A stretch of 51,714 bases of DNA from a virus (lineage: Duplodnaviria > Caudoviricetes). The notes below the pieces were generated by a model that did not search any database, was not told the origin of the DNA, and saw nothing but the letters and a program-made list of their open reading frames with translations. The DNA lies in the IMG/VR virus record IMGVR_UViG_3300005323_000054, positions 1 to 51,714 of that record; one strand, 5' to 3'. The translations under genes and the position numbers were made by a program. Shown here in pieces: positions 1-9,210 of the stretch (the stretch's first letter is position 1; every line of letters starts with the position of its first letter).

Positions 1-409
1 TTGTGGCCGTGGGGGTTGTTGAAATGGTGGTGTTGAGGTATTCCCGGAGCCAGTAGCCGATGGCCTTGTAGGCACGGTTGATTTCGTCGATACCTTCCTC
101 GAACTGGATTGCGCTCTCGTCAATGCGGATAGCGAACCCCTGTGAATCGAGGATTGCGCTCTTCTGCTCGAAGTTGGTGATGTCCACGTATGCGAACTTA
201 CTGGATGCGGTCCGGACACGGGGAGTTTCCTTCTTGGGGTCAGTAGACTGGCTGACGGTCTCCTGCTTGTATCGGACGACCTGCGAGTTGGTCTTGACCC
301 TCGGCAAGATGTCCATGAACACCAGATAGGGGTTCATTATCTCGAAGACGGTCGGAATTACGAAGTCCCGGTTGAGGAAATCTTCATTGGGTTGTGAAAT
401 CTGAACCAT
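1..409 (-). CDS. Major capsid protein, N-terminal part (continues across the contig end into 51714..51116)
   Basis: ATG at 409 with an upstream GGAGG RBS; open frame MVQISQPNEDFLNRDFVIPTVFEIMNPY...WLREYLN to base 1; in frame with the ORF entering from the right end; sits after the protease/scaffold and decoration genes. Confidence 0.8.
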   Translation of the reverse strand, partial: MVQISQPNEDFLNRDFVIPTVFEIMNPYLVFMDILPRVKTNSQVVRYKQETVSQSTDPKKETPRVRTASSKFAYVDITNFEQKSAILDSQGFAIRIDESAIQFEEGIDEINRAYKAIGYWLREYLNTTISTTPTAT

Positions 410-422
410 GTTTTTGTCCTCC

Positions 423-1043
423 TTAATCGCTCGATGCCTTCACCGGCCCGATAACACCTACAAGGATACTCGTGGTTGCTGCTGCTGCCTTTGCGACGTA
501 GGTGAGTGCCATAAGACCGGCCCCGCCCGTAGTTACATCAGTCAGGCACATCTTACCGGCTGCAACTGACGTCGAAATCTTGACGACAAGGGTAGCGGTG
601 TCACCCGGGGCAACGATTGACTGGTCTTGGGTCGTGATAGTGCACTTCCTGATTGAAGTGATACCTCCCCAGAGTTCGACGGTTGCCACCTGGTAATACT
701 TGCCGGTGATACGGTTCGAGACCGAGTTCGCTGCCGCCGAAGTTGCAGGCATTACCTGAAGTTTTGGGGTTGATACGATGGTCCCGATAATGAGTGCGTT
801 GCTCGCGTCAGGACGCTTGACAACGGGCAGACCGCCGGTTGCGGCGTAAGTTGCTTCGGCCCCGGTATACAGGGCAACGGCATCGCCTCGCTGAAGAGGA
901 GTCGCGAATGTCATTACCTTCTCGGCAGAGGTTCTCCCTCCCGAGTTTATTGCGTTTGCAGATACTGTCGGGTCTCCTTGTTCGAGGATACACGTAATCT
1001 GTATCCCTCCCCCGATTTCGCCTGCGATTTGACTTGCTGCCAT
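423..1043 (-). CDS. Putative capsid decoration/cementing protein
   Basis: 206 aa, rich in Ala/Thr/Gly/Val; lies between protease/scaffold and MCP, the usual decoration-protein position. Confidence 0.6.
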   Translation of the reverse strand: MAASQIAGEIGGGIQITCILEQGDPTVSANAINSGGRTSAEKVMTFATPLQRGDAVALYTGAEATYAATGGLPVVKRPDASNALIIGTIVSTPKLQVMPATSAAANSVSNRITGKYYQVATVELWGGITSIRKCTITTQDQSIVAPGDTATLVVKISTSVAAGKMCLTDVTTGGAGLMALTYVAKAAAATTSILVGVIGPVKASSD

Positions 1044-2197
1044 TACTTCTTCACCTCGACTGACTGGCCGGTTGCACGGCGGAACCTGTCACTGATGGAT
1101 GCGTAGTCCTTGCCGTCGCCCTCATCGTTCCCTCCGGTCCCGGAACCCTGCTTCTGGGTGGAGTTCTGAATCTTCAGAGCGGTGAGACGCTTACTGAACG
1201 CGAGCGGGTCGCCCTCTGCCTCGTCACGAAGGGCTTTCTCATCTGCCGGGGTTGCGGTCAGACCTTTCGGGAGAGAGTTCTTGAGTTCAAGCCATGTCGC
1301 ATCTCTCTCGGCCTGCTTCCGCTTGTCCTCGGCATTCTTGTATTCGGAGTTCGTTGCTGTCAGGGTTTCCACCTGCTTCCCGAGAGTTTCAAGTTTCTGG
1401 CCCTGTTCCTTGACGGTCTTTTCAAGGTCAGAGTTCTTGAGTTCCAGCGCCTTTGCTGCGTCCCTCGCGTCCTGAAGTTCTTTTTCGCTTACCATACTTT
1501 GTTCCTCGCTGTTTCCTGCGGCAACCTTCTTCTCCGGTTCTGCCGGGGGGCTCTCCTTCGGGAACATCGTGTTCCAGAGGGCTATGAGTGCCGCCTTTGC
1601 CTTGTTGTTCTCATCCGTCACATCTTCACCTACCGGCTCGGAGTTCAGAATGAACGTTCCCTTATCCCGTGGATTTGCCTTGTCACGGGGGAAGACTATG
1701 ATGTGATTAAAGTCCGTAATTTCAGAGATGTCGTCACGTCCTTTCACCTCACCGTTCGGAGTTGTCAGGCAGTTTAACCCCGTAGAGAGCGAGAGGTTCC
1801 CTGCTTTCCAGAGGTCAACTGCTTTCGGATTCGTAAGGTGGAAATTACCCATCAGTCTCGGCTGTCCTTCGAGTTCAACACGGGGATCTAGAAGGACTCC
1901 CGCATCTTCAGCCCCGATTTGCCTCATCGCTTCTTCGGGGTCTCTCTCGAACAGTTCAAAATTGAATGGATGAATCCCGTCAGTCAGGATAATCTTTGTA
2001 TTATCCATCATCCCCTCGTCAACCGCCTTCTGAAACGCCTCCTTTGAATAATACACATCTTCCTCTGGTTTATCCGGCTTTGGGATGGTCGCATCGAGTG
2101 TCTGAACGATAGTGTTCTTGAAATCTGCCGATACTGCCATCCCTCCGTTGGATAAGAGAGTCATTCTTTTAGTTGGCTTTACTGCCGCTGTCGGCAT
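1043..2197 (-). CDS. Prohead protease-scaffold fusion (DUF2213-like N-terminus, coiled-coil C-terminus)
   Basis: Motifs YYSKEAF...HP, LSLSTG and FNHIIV...FILNS resemble DUF2213-type proteases; C-terminal coiled coil; lies just upstream of decoration/MCP. Confidence 0.7.
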   Translation of the reverse strand: MPTAAVKPTKRMTLLSNGGMAVSADFKNTIVQTLDATIPKPDKPEEDVYYSKEAFQKAVDEGMMDNTKIILTDGIHPFNFELFERDPEEAMRQIGAEDAGVLLDPRVELEGQPRLMGNFHLTNPKAVDLWKAGNLSLSTGLNCLTTPNGEVKGRDDISEITDFNHIIVFPRDKANPRDKGTFILNSEPVGEDVTDENNKAKAALIALWNTMFPKESPPAEPEKKVAAGNSEEQSMVSEKELQDARDAAKALELKNSDLEKTVKEQGQKLETLGKQVETLTATNSEYKNAEDKRKQAERDATWLELKNSLPKGLTATPADEKALRDEAEGDPLAFSKRLTALKIQNSTQKQGSGTGGNDEGDGKDYASISDRFRRATGQSVEVKK

Positions 2198-2235
2198 GAT
2201 TACTCTGTCAGTGAACGAGAGTTATAATACTTTCA
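2195..2235 (-). promoter_or_regulatory. Putative archaeal BRE/TATA promoter for the head operon (near-leaderless)
   Basis: Minus strand reads TGAAAGTATTATAAC, about 25 nt upstream of the ATG at 2197. Confidence 0.5.
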
Positions 2236-2383
2236 ACAGGTTTTGGTTTCTGAAAAAGTGCAAAACATCGCTATTGCAGGGTCACCACGGTCGTTTATTT
2301 CGTGTTTTTCCCTATTCGCGGGTTTTCCTTAATGGCTGATAAAAAAGGCTGTAGAATGATGATATGATGTGTTTCTGTTCGCG

Positions 2384-2638
2384 TCACGTCTGTTTACGTT
2401 CTGCTTCCAGTTTCTTCCGATACCTCTTGATACAGACGGTTCCCCGCTTCCCATCGTTATCTTCTGGATACATCCTCGACAGGTCAGCCGCAATCTCTGA
2501 CGGGAATTTACGGGCATAGTGAGCCTTCGTGTATGCCTTCTCTCGTTGCGTCAACGGTCTCCCCTGCATTTTCACCGCTCCCATTTCTTCAGGATTTCGC
2601 CCGTTGCCGTATCGAGAACGAGGTATTTTGAGAACCAT
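2384..2638 (-). CDS. Small HTH-like DNA-binding protein (start may be a downstream Met)
   Basis: LTQREKAYTKAHYARKFPSEIAADL helix-turn-helix-like pattern; basic C-terminus. Confidence 0.45.
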   Translation of the reverse strand: MVLKIPRSRYGNGRNPEEMGAVKMQGRPLTQREKAYTKAHYARKFPSEIAADLSRMYPEDNDGKRGTVCIKRYRKKLEAERKQT

Positions 2639-2722
2639 TTCTTCCCGTAGTAACAGAGGGTATCAAAGAGGGTTTTGGCTTCAAGCGCAGTATTACCCAA
2701 TCGGGTTTTGAGCAGCCCATAT

Positions 2723-3154
2723 TCAGAACACCGCCTTGAGTGCCCCGATGATATTGAAAGCGTTGTTCAGGAGAAGAAGGATAATAATCCCGAGGAACGC
2801 GAAGTAAATGTCGTGCCGGTCCACCATCTTACTGATGCCGTTTATCCTCTGATGAAGAGTCTCATCCCTTTTCTCACTCGCTTTTATTGCCTCTTCTTTC
2901 TCTTCACGGAACCGTTTCTCAAACTCCTCAAATTTTTTATTGAATGCGTCAGAGGTGACTTGCGTCGCCTGCATTTTAATGATAGATTCGCTCATCGTCG
3001 TCACGCTCTCTGCCATCCTTTCCATCGCAGATTCAAGCCGGGTTAACGACTTCGCCTGTTCCTCGGATTGTCCCTGCATCTTTGTCGTAGCGGTAAGGAG
3101 TTTGATAAACTCTTCCTGCTTCGCGCATTCGTGGCCTGTTTTCTCACCTGTCAT
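2723..3154 (-). CDS. Coiled-coil protein with one C-terminal transmembrane helix (XhlA/holin-like architecture)
   Basis: Long coiled coil followed by IYFAFLGIIILLLLNNAFNIIGAL; translationally coupled to the upstream gene. Confidence 0.55.
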   Translation of the reverse strand: MTGEKTGHECAKQEEFIKLLTATTKMQGQSEEQAKSLTRLESAMERMAESVTTMSESIIKMQATQVTSDAFNKKFEEFEKRFREEKEEAIKASEKRDETLHQRINGISKMVDRHDIYFAFLGIIILLLLNNAFNIIGALKAVF

Positions 3155-3360
3155 TTCTCATCCTCGTTCTTCTGGTCATCTTTCCATGCTTTTTCAGGGT
3201 CGAATCCGAGGAGCCTTACGACAGCCTCATCATCCCCGACATCCTCCGGGTCGTCTATCTCTTCCTTCGGGTCTTTTGCGAGGTCTTTCCTCCAATCCAC
3301 GGGCTTCTCCTCGGGGTCACCGTAAATGATAATCTCGTCGTCAAACAGTCCTTCCTTCAT
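3151..3360 (-). CDS. Small highly acidic protein
   Basis: 69 aa with about 26 Asp/Glu; ATGA overlap with the MuF-TopIB gene stop. Confidence 0.7.
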   Translation of the reverse strand: MKEGLFDDEIIIYGDPEEKPVDWRKDLAKDPKEEIDDPEDVGDDEAVVRLLGFDPEKAWKDDQKNEDEK

Positions 3361-5573
3361 GGCTTCATCCCCTCGAAGACTTCAGGAGCAATGTAATATT
3401 TCGCTGCGATTGTCGGGGTATTCCCGAGTTGCGCGGATACCCTTGTCGATACCGCCTTGACCAACTTCTGATACTCCCGCTTGCTCGTAGGTTTCGGGTA
3501 TTTCGCAATCTCGGCCTTCGCTATCCTCGTTCCGAGAACCGTCCTGAAGTCTTTCGTCCTGAAATCCCCTTTCCCGAGGGTCTTTGAATAGTCACGGAGA
3601 GACGATGCCGAGGTTTCAGGGAACAGTTGCCCGTTCTCCCCTGCGGATGCAGCGCGGGTCGAAAGAATACGGGCTGCGTCCTTGTCCGTGACAGGGATAG
3701 AGAGGTCTTTTCCTTCCTTCCCTACGAAGTTCAGGGTGACGGACCCGTCTTTACCGAGAGAGACGTGCCTACCTTCGAGCGTCGTTACGCCATACGCCTG
3801 TTTCTCGGCTTTCGTGTCCATCGTCGAGCCGGGCCGGACTCCCGTTGCCATTACGACAGAGAGACATTCGGCTTTCTCTGCGTTTAAGGGGTTTGCCATG
3901 TTATCCGCGTTCTCTGCCCGTATCTGGTCGAACTTCTTATCCAGTTCCTTGACCTTCTCGAATTTCTGGTCTTGTTTCATCTGGTTGAACCGCTCGTTAT
4001 ACATCCGAATGGTTCTTCCCTTCGTATCCTGACCCCTTACGAGTTCATCCGCATCGGGGTCTTCAGAGTATTCGACGTTAGTCCAGCCGGGCTTTGCGAG
4101 TTTCGCTACATAGTCGGGCGCGGGGGAACCGTCTGCCGTGACCCACGTTCCCTTCTCTCCGTTCGCGCCTTTCTGGTAAGTTGCTCCGGCCCGTCCACCG
4201 TTCCCTACGCTTCCCCCTCTCTCACCCAGTCTTCCCTCATGCATGAAATTCCCGCTTCCTGCTCCTCCGTGGAGAAGAATGGCGTTCTCCTCTGATATTT
4301 CTTCGCCATCCTCGAAGTCCTCCGGGCTTGTTACCTCGTCAGCCACATCGTAGCCCGGTATCACGGGTTCCCAGATACATTTACAGTTCGGGTGAAGGGG
4401 AAGGTCCGGCTCCTCTCCGAGATTGAACACCTGGTCCTCAATCTCTTCAGCGCAGAGGTCACAGCAATCGAAGGACCGACCAATGACCTGTTCAATCCCT
4501 CGGTCGTAATACGAGTTGACGTGCCCGGCGTTCCGGTGGCGCATGGTTTCCGTTCGAGCCACCATCGACGCATGGGATTTCATCGAGGTAAAGTAATCGT
4601 TGAGGTCGGCAGCGAGAGAGCCTTTTGGGTAATACCCAGTATCTCCCTCCTGTATCCGTCCAACCGGCCTGCCCTCGATGATTGCCTGCTTGATGAGGTC
4701 AGCGATATTCGCCCTCACATCCTCGTCAAGCGTCCCGGCTGACCATTCGACCTTCTTGCCGTTAATGAGGGTCTTTCCCTCGTTGACCAGAAGGGACCGG
4801 TAGTTGGTGGCGTATTCCACGGCTGACTTCTGAACGAGGGTCCAGTCAATCGCATACTTGTCTTTCCCCGTGACGCTCTGAAGGACGTTCGAGCCTTCGA
4901 CCTCTCCCTGAATGTAGGACTTGGTGGCTACGTCTACGAGGTCTTGCTGATACTCGGCCTTGAACGCTGCTGCTTCAGAAGATAGTTTCGAGGTTGCTGA
5001 ATCAACGACGGCTTTCTTCAGGGTATTTATCGGGGTCTCTGCGAGGAGTTTAACCCCGTCTACGTTGAGGACCATGTTCGCTTCAGGGTGTGTCGTGAGT
5101 GATGTGAACCCAAGCCCCTGATAGAACGTCTCTGCCGATGGGAGCGATTGAGTGATAATCGTCTTTCCCTCTCTCGCCGCCATTCCCGCGACATTCTGCA
5201 TTATCTCGGTTCCGGTCCCGGCTCGTTCCCCTGTAGTAGCGATATTGTCGAGGTAGACGTTGGTATTATAGAACTTTACGTCAGCAAGACCGAGGAGTTT
5301 TCCGTCGGGGTTACGGGCAATGATTAAATCCTCTCCTGACTTTGCGGCACGGAGAGCGATGCGGCTTGCTTCGTCGTTTTTCCAGTCTGTATTCAGGATT
5401 TCGTAATAGAGTTTATCCGCATCGTCAGATGAGCCGTAGTTTGCGAACGTCAGGGATACTTTCGAGGGAGTGGCGTTTGTCAGCCTCACCACTCGTTCCG
5501 GTCTCCGATAAAAGAGTTCAAGGGAGTTCAGGGCTGAAGACTCCCGGCAGGATGAACAGGCGCATTCACTCAT
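3357..5573 (-). CDS. MuF (minor head morphogenesis) protein fused to an N-terminal GNAT acetyltransferase and a C-terminal DNA topoisomerase IB
   Basis: GNAT: VYLDNIATTGERAGTGTEIM...AETFYQGLGF. MuF: MVARTE...CCDLC...LHPNCKC. TopIB: PGWTNV, GQDTKGR, TGVRPG, YGVTTL, FVGKEG, KDFRT, LGNTPTIAAKYYI. Lies directly downstream of the portal. Confidence 0.85.
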   Translation of the reverse strand: MSECACSSCRESSALNSLELFYRRPERVVRLTNATPSKVSLTFANYGSSDDADKLYYEILNTDWKNDEASRIALRAAKSGEDLIIARNPDGKLLGLADVKFYNTNVYLDNIATTGERAGTGTEIMQNVAGMAAREGKTIITQSLPSAETFYQGLGFTSLTTHPEANMVLNVDGVKLLAETPINTLKKAVVDSATSKLSSEAAAFKAEYQQDLVDVATKSYIQGEVEGSNVLQSVTGKDKYAIDWTLVQKSAVEYATNYRSLLVNEGKTLINGKKVEWSAGTLDEDVRANIADLIKQAIIEGRPVGRIQEGDTGYYPKGSLAADLNDYFTSMKSHASMVARTETMRHRNAGHVNSYYDRGIEQVIGRSFDCCDLCAEEIEDQVFNLGEEPDLPLHPNCKCIWEPVIPGYDVADEVTSPEDFEDGEEISEENAILLHGGAGSGNFMHEGRLGERGGSVGNGGRAGATYQKGANGEKGTWVTADGSPAPDYVAKLAKPGWTNVEYSEDPDADELVRGQDTKGRTIRMYNERFNQMKQDQKFEKVKELDKKFDQIRAENADNMANPLNAEKAECLSVVMATGVRPGSTMDTKAEKQAYGVTTLEGRHVSLGKDGSVTLNFVGKEGKDLSIPVTDKDAARILSTRAASAGENGQLFPETSASSLRDYSKTLGKGDFRTKDFRTVLGTRIAKAEIAKYPKPTSKREYQKLVKAVSTRVSAQLGNTPTIAAKYYIAPEVFEGMKP

Positions 5574-5583
5574 CCTTTACCCC

Positions 5584-7110
5584 TCACGGTTCGACGGAAT
5601 TAAGGATAGCCATTACTTTCTCGCTCATTCCGTCGATGGACTTGATAAGACCCGCATCAAGGTCTTTCTCCCCTACGGAGTTGGTCTGCCGGACCCTCCG
5701 CATACTCTGGGTCAACGGTGTTTCCTTCGTCATCTGGGTTACAGGGGATTGTCCGAACGGGCTTTGCAGGGCCGCGTCTCCCCCGAGAGAGTCCCATGCA
5801 GCCTTGTTCTCTGCAAGGGTCTTTTCGTCAGCGTCGTCTTCATCGAGCCATTCCCTGACGGTGTTCGGGTGAACGATTGCCCTCTTGTTACTCCCGAGGA
5901 CGAGCGTTGCCTTGTTGAGATTTACCTCTGACTTGTCGATGGAAGGCGCGGGAATGGTAATCTTCACACCCCAATCATCGTCAAACCCGTTCGGCTCGAT
6001 ATATGTCAGGCGTAAGAACTGTTCCCACATATTTTCTACTTTCGTAAGTTCAGACGCCGAATAATCGTTAATCATCTCGGCCTGCGCGTTATCGCTACCC
6101 CCGAGCCTCTGGCTCTCGCTGCCGTTGTTCAGGAGTTGCGTTGGGGAGACGTAGGAAATCATCAGCATATTGACGATTTTTATTGCCTCGTATAACGTCG
6201 TGCCTTCCTTGAACGGGAATACTTGGAACGTCACGCCTTCAGGAGCAATCGCTGTCGTGTTCTTATTCCAGTTCCGCAGGATTTTCTTCGTATCTTTAAT
6301 TTTATCGTCATCTGAATCGTCGGGAACGGTTGCGATGATGATAGGTCCGGCAATACGGTTGGCCTGCTGCATTGCGGCGTTCAGGAGGAACTTACTCATC
6401 TCGAAGAAGGGGAATAAGGGGTAAAAGGTCGGGTCACCGGCAACGAGTTCGCAGTCAGGAGCCGTCATTGCGTAACAGTTTGTTATCTGTTTCGTCACCG
6501 TGCCTTTCCCGATAGTCTGCCAGTATTGGGGGGTCGTCTCACCTTCTATAAGGACAATACCCTTGAGGAAATGCCCTTGATTCAGGATAGTTCCTTTCGG
6601 CTGGCCCGGGGTCTTGAACGTGTGCGGGGGGAGGTAGGTCAGTTCGTTGATGTTATAGGAGTTCGGCGTTGGGTTGCCCTTATGGTCCTTCCAGTCGCAG
6701 ACCGGCTCGAACGGCGCAATCCCAAACCATGAAATAGCGTCGAACGACTGCATCATGCGGGTATAGAAGTTGACCTTCGGCCTGTCCAGCATCTTCTTGA
6801 GCGTCTTTGACTGTTCCTCGTCCGTCTTTCCGTCCGGGTTAATCATCTCGACAGAATAGGGCTTGCGGAACAACATCGCCCTCTGCATTCTCTGGATACC
6901 CCGGCCAAACAGGTTCTTCGTCTTGTAGTTCTCGATACTGTCTGCCGTGAATACCTCGGAGTCAAACATGAACCCCGTATTCGTGACGTATCGCTGGCCT
7001 TGCGAGACCGTGGCGGGTGCTTTCCCTCCTGCGGCCTTCGTTACTTTCGGCGTAACTGCGGCGTGTTTTATCCGCATATCCGCCGCCAACTCCCCAAAAT
7101 GAACTGCCAT
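5584..7110 (-). CDS. Portal protein
   Basis: 508 aa between TerL and MuF; portal-like pattern (WFGIAPFE, GGSDNAQ). Confidence 0.75.
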   Translation of the reverse strand: MAVHFGELAADMRIKHAAVTPKVTKAAGGKAPATVSQGQRYVTNTGFMFDSEVFTADSIENYKTKNLFGRGIQRMQRAMLFRKPYSVEMINPDGKTDEEQSKTLKKMLDRPKVNFYTRMMQSFDAISWFGIAPFEPVCDWKDHKGNPTPNSYNINELTYLPPHTFKTPGQPKGTILNQGHFLKGIVLIEGETTPQYWQTIGKGTVTKQITNCYAMTAPDCELVAGDPTFYPLFPFFEMSKFLLNAAMQQANRIAGPIIIATVPDDSDDDKIKDTKKILRNWNKNTTAIAPEGVTFQVFPFKEGTTLYEAIKIVNMLMISYVSPTQLLNNGSESQRLGGSDNAQAEMINDYSASELTKVENMWEQFLRLTYIEPNGFDDDWGVKITIPAPSIDKSEVNLNKATLVLGSNKRAIVHPNTVREWLDEDDADEKTLAENKAAWDSLGGDAALQSPFGQSPVTQMTKETPLTQSMRRVRQTNSVGEKDLDAGLIKSIDGMSEKVMAILNSVEP

Positions 7111-7149
7111 CTGAAATTCTCCCCTTAAGATATACCAAAGTGCTGCCCA

Positions 7150-7170
7150 GACCCATATAAGACTTTCATA
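7150..7170 (-). promoter_or_regulatory. Putative BRE/TATA promoter for the portal gene
   Basis: Minus strand TGAAAGTCTTATATG, similar to the motif upstream of 2197. Confidence 0.4.
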
Positions 7171-7173
7171 GGC

Positions 7174-8742
7174 CTATGCGAGATACGGGATACCTCCCTC
7201 ATCGTCCTCGGGAATGTCTCTTATCGCCGGCCCGTCTTTATCTCGTTTCTGTTCCTGTTCGTGCATCGTGAGTCTCGGAACCCCTGACGGTTCTTCGCGC
7301 TCCTGCACGTTATCCCCTGCCCGAAGGACCGACCGAACGTTCACGACCGAGAGCGCATACCTCAAAGCATCGACGAGGTGGAACTTGCTCTTGTCCTGAA
7401 TCGTCTTCTCTATCGGCTCCCCGAGCGCGTCAACTTCCCTCGAATATTCCCGTATCTGGGTCAGGAGTTCGACGCAGGAGTTGGCTATATACAGGCGTTT
7501 CATCTTCATCAGGCGAATGATACGGTCAATACCGGGCTCGACGTTGAATATCGCGGGTTCGTAGACGTGAACACCTCCCGTTCCCATATCTTTCCTGAAC
7601 TGCCCTTCTGACTTCGTTCCACCGACGACTTTGACCTTCCGATAATTACTCTTGGCCCGTATCTTGATGTTCGCCGCATGTTCGACGGTCACGAGTCCTC
7701 CTTCGTGGTGTTCCTCGAACACGTAGACTCTCCCGAGTCCCGGCTGTATTGCGACGTAGACGCTTGCGAAGTTCGTGCCGCCCGGGTCCACCCCGACAAT
7801 CACCCGGTCGCCCGCAGGGACAGGTTGATAGGGAATGACCATCGTCGTATCATCGAAGTCCGAGAAGATGGCTCCTGCCGGACGGTCATACTGACCCCGA
7901 TACCGCATCTTGAACTTCCAGTCGGGCATCGTCTCCTTTGCCTCGTAGTATTCCTCCTCCGGGAAATTGGGGTTCATGATGGAATCGAACTGGACGACCT
8001 CGATGTTGGGGTTTCCCGCTCTCCATCGGTCATAAATTTCCTTCTTCATCCACCCGTGGTTATAGAGGGTCGTTGTTCCGAGCACCCGTCCACGAGCGAG
8101 AGAAAGCCGAGCCCTGACAGAATCCCATGTGGCTATAGTGTAATCGTCGTTCCCTACCTCGTCCAGCCATGCAGCCTTTGCCGTCGCAGATTCAAGAGAA
8201 GTAACCCCGACGTTTGCCCCTCCTTTCGCTCCCTTCCCGGCTCGGGCAGACCGAAGGATAATACGGCCCCACATATTCGCCGTATCTCTCGAAGTTTCCG
8301 CGCCGAACTCGCCCGTGATAGGGTTACGGAGTTCGATGACACGGGTGCCGGCCCAATACCTGCCTTTCCCTAGAATATCGACAAAGACCTTGAGGATTTC
8401 AGGGAGCATCTTCATCTGGAACATTTCATACGAAGATGCGACGGCAAGGAAATCTCCCCCAGTCTCCATCCAGCCTTCCGGGGGCATCTCGTTATACCGT
8501 CCCTTATACGGGTCGAGATATTCGGGTTTGATACACGTCAGACATATCTCCTGCCAGAGCCACCACGGGCCAAGAGATGTCTTCCCTCCCTGCGTTCCCG
8601 CAAGCATGAAGATATACCGTGCTTCACTCTCCATTACCCGCCGTTGTCCCTCATGGAAGTCCAGTAAGAGGGCTCCTGAAGCGTCAAATGCGAATATCTC
8701 TTTCTGCCTCGCAAAAGGGAGAGGGATAGAGGCTGAACTCAT
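7174..8742 (-). CDS. terL: Terminase large subunit
   Basis: Walker A AGTQGGKT, Walker B AWLDE, coupling motif GTTT, nuclease motifs VGVDPG and HLVDALRY. Confidence 0.93.
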   Translation of the reverse strand: MSSASIPLPFARQKEIFAFDASGALLLDFHEGQRRVMESEARYIFMLAGTQGGKTSLGPWWLWQEICLTCIKPEYLDPYKGRYNEMPPEGWMETGGDFLAVASSYEMFQMKMLPEILKVFVDILGKGRYWAGTRVIELRNPITGEFGAETSRDTANMWGRIILRSARAGKGAKGGANVGVTSLESATAKAAWLDEVGNDDYTIATWDSVRARLSLARGRVLGTTTLYNHGWMKKEIYDRWRAGNPNIEVVQFDSIMNPNFPEEEYYEAKETMPDWKFKMRYRGQYDRPAGAIFSDFDDTTMVIPYQPVPAGDRVIVGVDPGGTNFASVYVAIQPGLGRVYVFEEHHEGGLVTVEHAANIKIRAKSNYRKVKVVGGTKSEGQFRKDMGTGGVHVYEPAIFNVEPGIDRIIRLMKMKRLYIANSCVELLTQIREYSREVDALGEPIEKTIQDKSKFHLVDALRYALSVVNVRSVLRAGDNVQEREEPSGVPRLTMHEQEQKRDKDGPAIRDIPEDDEGGIPYLA

Positions 8743-9209
8743 TTCTTGGCCCGGCTCGGTTTCTTTTTATCCGAGGTTCCCTGATAGATTTTCTCCTTTA
8801 CCAGTTCCCCTCCTTCTTTCCGTCTAACCATGTTGATGATAAGGGAGTTCGGGCTAAATAGCGGCTTTGTCGGGTCTCCTGCGAACATCATGTTATCTCT
8901 CTGACCGAGCAGTTGTTTCCCGAGCCATATCTGCATCGTGACGTTCCCTTTCTGTGCAGCCTCAAACTGGACCCTGCGGAGAGATGCTTTGGCATAGTTC
9001 AGCCCGTCATCCATCATGTCCATCGCTACGGGGTCACGCTGGATAGTATCGGCGGATACTCCGAGGACAGCAGCAACCTCCTTCTGGGTGCAGGCCATCC
9101 GGAACAGCCGCTTAATCAGTTCATACGCCGTTATCTCTTCCGTTGGCTCTCCATTCTTATCTCGGAGTGTTACTGACATCTTGGCAAGTTTCTTCGATTT
9201 CGCTGGCAT
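8739..9209 (-). CDS. terS: Terminase small subunit
   Basis: HTH CTQKEVAAVLGVSADTI plus GNVTMQIWLGKQLLGQRD; overlaps the terL start. Confidence 0.8.
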   Translation of the reverse strand: MPAKSKKLAKMSVTLRDKNGEPTEEITAYELIKRLFRMACTQKEVAAVLGVSADTIQRDPVAMDMMDDGLNYAKASLRRVQFEAAQKGNVTMQIWLGKQLLGQRDNMMFAGDPTKPLFSPNSLIINMVRRKEGGELVKEKIYQGTSDKKKPSRAKK

Positions 9210-9210
9210 C

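Noticed and set aside
1-33. Biological terminal repeat, or a duplicated segment within the MCP
   Set aside because: More simply a low-quality assembly overlap of a circular contig; the right-end copy gives the more plausible protein
3357-4140. TopIB domain as the missing integrase (tyrosine recombinase fold)
   Set aside because: Motifs are TopIB-specific (PGWTNV, D.KGR, KDFRT, LGNTP), it is fused to MuF, and no att site or host flank is visible
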